Shown here: in pieces, positions 59,988 to 64,000 of the stretch
Layout of the letters: every line of letters starts with the position of its first letter
Position numbering within the stretch: position 1 is the first letter of the stretch
From: Chrysomallon squamiferum
Lineage: Eukaryota; Animalia; Mollusca
NCBI GenBank assembly: GCA_012295275.1
Contig: CM022672.1
Coordinates: forward strand, 2,418,001 to 2,482,000
DNA: 64,000 nt
Direction: 5' to 3'
Program-made: the position numbers and the translations under genes
Notes under the pieces: generated by a model
What the model saw: the letters and a program-made list of their open reading frames with translations, nothing else
Databases searched by the model: none
Told to the model about the DNA's origin: nothing

Positions 59988-62966
59988 CTACAACAGGAAA
60001 AACAAGTTTTTAATAGGTATTGTTACCTGTGAATGAAAGACAAAGTTGTAGAACTTGAATGTTGATATTAAAAAAGCCATTTCAACACACACAAAACACG
60101 ATTCAGTGATCCAGTGAACTTATAAATTCTTTCATATGGATTTAGGCAAGATTTATAACTGACAAAATACTGTTACAAGTCACTGAATGCTACCATTTTA
60201 CTTCATTAGTGCAGTTCTTTTATTAACTATTGACTAACCATTTCTTAAAATGCCAGAAGAATCTGCATTTTATTTGTTGTCACCGGTACAGAAAATAGTA
60301 TTGCCCTGATACTTTAAAAGCTGCATTTTTTAAAGTTATTAATGTTAAAATGCCATTGAGAAAAATCGAGGTATGCAAGTTTTCCTTTCACCAAACCCTA
60401 TAAATTTAGAAAAAAATAAAGATTTAGGTATTTTTTTTAACTAATAAATTCATACGGTATGAATGAAGAAAATTCATAGTACAAACTGATATTGGGAAAA
60501 AAAAAAAAAAAAAAACACCAGTGAAATAATTTAACAGTGAAATTTAGAACTGAAGTTTCTTGCATATTTAAATATATTACAGCACAAGTTCAACATATCA
60601 ATACTGACAGACTGGATCATTTAACACCAGTAGCTTTGTCTTAGGTTGTCATTGGCTGGTTATACCCACCAGAATTACAATTGTAGTAATACCCAAGTTT
60701 CAGTGGATCAGGTACTGAGTGAATATTTAACAAGTTTAATTTTTATGTTCCACTGACTCCAGAACTAAACAAATGGGTAAATAAATTTTAATTTACAGTA
60801 TCATGCCTGAAGAAATGAATAGTGTACGACAAGATAAATAAAGTATTTTCATTTAAAATACACTGTACGGAGATTTTTTAACCAGGTTTTTAAAACAAAT
60901 GTACTTTAATGTGGATCTGATTATTCAGTGTCAAGATTACTTTATTTGCAAGTTGGCAGATTTAATTCACCTTAGATAAATTGACTGGTGTTAAGAATAA
61001 ACTATTAACTGGTTTCAGACATTAGTTTTTAATACAACTACTGCGTGTGAGGTATATAGCATTTTCTAATTTTCCAAAGCAGCACCTTTTGTCAGTGACA
61101 AAACTAACAAAAGTTTTTACCTTTTAAAAGAAATTCAAAGCTTGCCGAGCCATAATTAACATTCATAAACATGATTATACACCAAATATTGTACCCAAAA
61201 TTGTTTTATCCTTAGTCTGGACACAACACCTGGTCATTTTAAAAGCAAAATGGACAATTAACAAAGGTAATACACATTCAGTGTATCGTCCCACTGAAAA
61301 GAACTGACCTTTGGGCCAGAAGGTTAAGTGGGTGCTTTTAAACACAAACTTGTTAATGTTTTCATAATGAATAGATCTAAGGAATAAATCTATGAAGATC
61401 TTCAAAAATCTACACCAAAATTAAACACCTGTTAATAAAGTTAAGCGACACGTTTGTATAAAAGTTAGCTAGTACTTCTTGACCTTTATGTTCAAAACTA
61501 TATTGAATATATTGTTTAAGATCAGACCTTCCATGTAGCAGAGAAATGGTAATGTTACTGGAAAGGATTAAATAAATCCATTTTATATACATTATAGCTC
61601 TATACATGTTCAACGAATACAAATTTCTAATGCAAATATTTACTTAAATCTATAATCTGTTTACACAGTAATACAGATTTTTGTTTTCATCTTGATTTAT
61701 TGAGCTTAACCCAAATTTGAAATGAAACTAGACTGGTACAATTTAGGTGGAATAGAGAATAATAAGTTTTACTGTTCTGCAATTTAACATTTTTATATTA
61801 ATATAAAAAACTGTGGAAGCTTTATGTTTTCAATAATACATTTAGAAAGGCTATTCTTGGAAAACTTGATTCGAGCTGGCAGGTATATACAACGTCTTAA
61901 TATTGAGTAATTGCATCATGTGAAGTACTAATTTTGACCTATATACCAACAGAAACAGTTCTGCAATGTATAAACGAAAATCTGGACAAAGTGGCCCACC
62001 AAAGCTGTCACACTGCAATCAGTAATTTTCTTTTTTTACTTATTCAAGTGTGAAATATAGAATATAATTTGATCCGTCAAATGCCTTAAGTATTTTGTCT
62101 ATTAATCTCGCATTTTTCACGTAAAAGGCTTTACCATCCAAAACGGCGTATTAATCCATTGATTTTTAATGAAAGATGTTTCCAATCCATCATCACGACT
62201 ATGACAAATATGGAAAGCAGAATGAATTTTTGACAGACACTGGTCATTTGATACTTCATTCACTGAATGTTGTTGCCTTAAAAATGAAAATTATTCACCT
62301 AAATCTGTAGCCAGTGTTTTTTTTTATTTTTTTTTTTTTACTAAACAACAGATGAAATCGAGCATTTTGCTTGCTATCACTCACTTGGGATAGCACAAGA
62401 GAGGAATTTTTTGAATGCTAGACATGTGTCAGTTACGTGTCTGACAATAAGTGTAACCCTTTCGTCCAGTGTCGCGCCCCAGACTCGCGTCAAATGCTTG
62501 ATCGATCAAGTGATAGAAATTAATGGTCCACTCTCCACGTAGCTGAATGCAGTGTTTTCTGCATGAAAGAATATGGGGTTGTGGAAATGGACATTCACAC
62601 TGTGGTAAACATTTTCTGATTAATGAGAAATTAATATCACTCTTTAGACTGCTTGATATCCATGAATGCTTTGAAATGTCAAAAAGCACAAACTGAATTT
62701 TACTTTAATTTTTCTGAAACGGCTTCATGGCATTTGTCCCTTGACAAACTGTTTCAGATCAAATATTTACTCAGGAATTTCAAAATTCATGAGGCTCTAG
62801 TCATTTAATTTTCATTTTAGTTCTGCACTGGTCTAAAAAATATTGAATTTCTTGCATTAAAATTCAGTAAACTATGTTAATGTTGAATTTTAAATGCACA
62901 ATATTAGTATTAAATCTTATGACAGCATTGGTTAGCCAGATTTTTCTAAAACAAAGATTTGCTTAC

Positions 62967-62988
62967 CTTGGCACCTTTAGTCTTTTTG
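62967..62988 (-). CDS. 22-nt coding micro-exon (phase 2 to 0): (I)KKTKGAK
   Basis: Strong acceptor cctgtttatcttcttttcag, exon CAAAAAGACTAAAGGTGCCAAG, consensus donor AAG|GTAAGC. It exactly restores the frame between the 63304-63386 and 59931-59987 exons. Confidence 0.85.
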
Positions 62989-63303
62989 CTGAAAAGAAGA
63001 TAAACAGGGTCAGTTATTGCAATAAACTAGGAATTTATGTTTTGCAAGTCTTAAATTTTGAACTAAATGCATAGTCTATAAAATTACTTTGAATCATTTT
63101 AGCAGTATTACAAGTATTACCCACTGTTGCAGAATCCAATTACAGCATTAACACTAATCACAAACTGCCAATTATTTTACTATACCTTTTTTTTTTATGT
63201 TTGGCAAATCCTGTTAATTCTTTAAACAGAAATTAATCTCATCTAGGTGGAGAAAATTTTAAAGTTACATTTTTAAACTAAATATGATAAGAAATAAAAG
63301 TAC

Positions 63304-63386
63304 ATTTTAGTTGATCCATAATCTTCATCATCATCATCATCATCTTCCTCCTCTTCCTCTTCATCTTCCATTTCTTCTTCCTCTTC
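63304..63386 (-). CDS. Internal coding exon (83 nt, phase 0 to 2) of a minus-strand gene entering from the right edge; encodes acidic tract EEEEEMEDEEEEEEDDDDDDEDYGSTK
   Basis: Minus-strand acceptor tttctttagcag (tandem TAG/CAG), open Glu/Asp frame, donor AT|GTACTT at 63303. The 2-nt overhang AT is completed by the C that starts the next exon (ATC=Ile). Product unidentified; an acidic tract plus basic tail is typical of nuclear/nucleolar histone-chaperone-like proteins (inference). Confidence 0.85.
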
Positions 63387-64000
63387 CTGCTAAAGAAATT
63401 TTAATTTGTTTAAAATAACTCCAAGACCCAGTCAAATCAGTTAACATTGTCAGCATACTACACAAGGTTCAGACAGTAAACATCCAAACATGGAAAGAAA
63501 GCATTTTTGAGAGATTGGTAAAATTTTAACACTTCACTCATTTAATGTTCAGCAATAAGTCAATGTTGCTATCTAGTTGCAAGCATGTTAGAAAATAAAA
63601 CTGATCAGTTACTCAGTGATATTTATTTTTAAACTAATCCAGCTTACAAATTTGGTAGTATAATGATCAGATGAAATACATCAATTGACTTAATTGAAAA
63701 ATTAGACATTTAGTCAGATTTAACAATTCATTGTTGTGTTGTATGGTCTTTAAGAATTAAATAGATAAAAGTGATTTTCCACTTTCCCAAATGAAAATAG
63801 ATGGTGTAGTGTATCACAAAAAAACCCTTTATTACTGCAACTTGTCACCTTTTTCAGTTAATTTGTATTTTAAATGTTCAAATATAAACTGATTAAATAA
63901 TGACCATTTTTAAAGGCTAAAATTTTAAAAGGCATTTTTTTTTTTTTTATCAGCATGGCCATTACATTAATGTATTTTTACAAAATTAAAATTTGTACCA

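Noticed and set aside
62019-62196. C box (GTGATGA, minus strand) in the gene's intron suggesting a C/D snoRNA
   Set aside because: Nearest D box (CTGA) is about 175 nt away, with no terminal stem or evident guide.
59598-63389. Naming the gene as NAP1/SET or nucleoplasmin-like
   Set aside because: Only low-complexity acidic and basic tails are in the window; no diagnostic domain or CKQQ end, so no symbol assigned.

Overview
AT-rich eukaryotic (metazoan, probably mollusc/gastropod-like, inferred from SINE type and repeat landscape) genomic DNA in two compositional domains. (1) About 1-56 kb has no recognisable protein-coding gene. It alternates long microsatellites ((GA/CT)n, (TA)n, (CA/TG)n, (TATC)n, (TAA)n) with about 25 short CpG-containing, high-complexity islands that look regulatory or non-coding. 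It also holds a decayed Tc1-type transposase fragment, a tRNA-derived SINE, a tRNA-Leu-like pseudogene/SINE head, a 25-bp minisatellite and several hairpins. (2) About 58.8-64 kb is CpG-poor and microsatellite-free, and holds the 3' end of a minus-strand spliced gene. Three phase-compatible exons (83, 22 and 57 nt) encode an acidic tract followed by a Lys-rich tail (EEEEEMEDEEEEEEDDDDDDEDYGSTKIKKTKGAKAKDKMVKKGSKKGEKIASK), with two candidate terminal exons. Essentially all ORFs in the supplied track are microsatellite or chance artefacts. The most intriguing but unproven signals are: near-full-length matches to conserved bilaterian miRNAs (miR-184, miR-34, miR-31) without proper precursor hairpins; a miR-153 seed array; and a structured CpG-rich patch inside an intron of the right-hand gene. 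miRNA sequences were compared from memory and need database confirmation.
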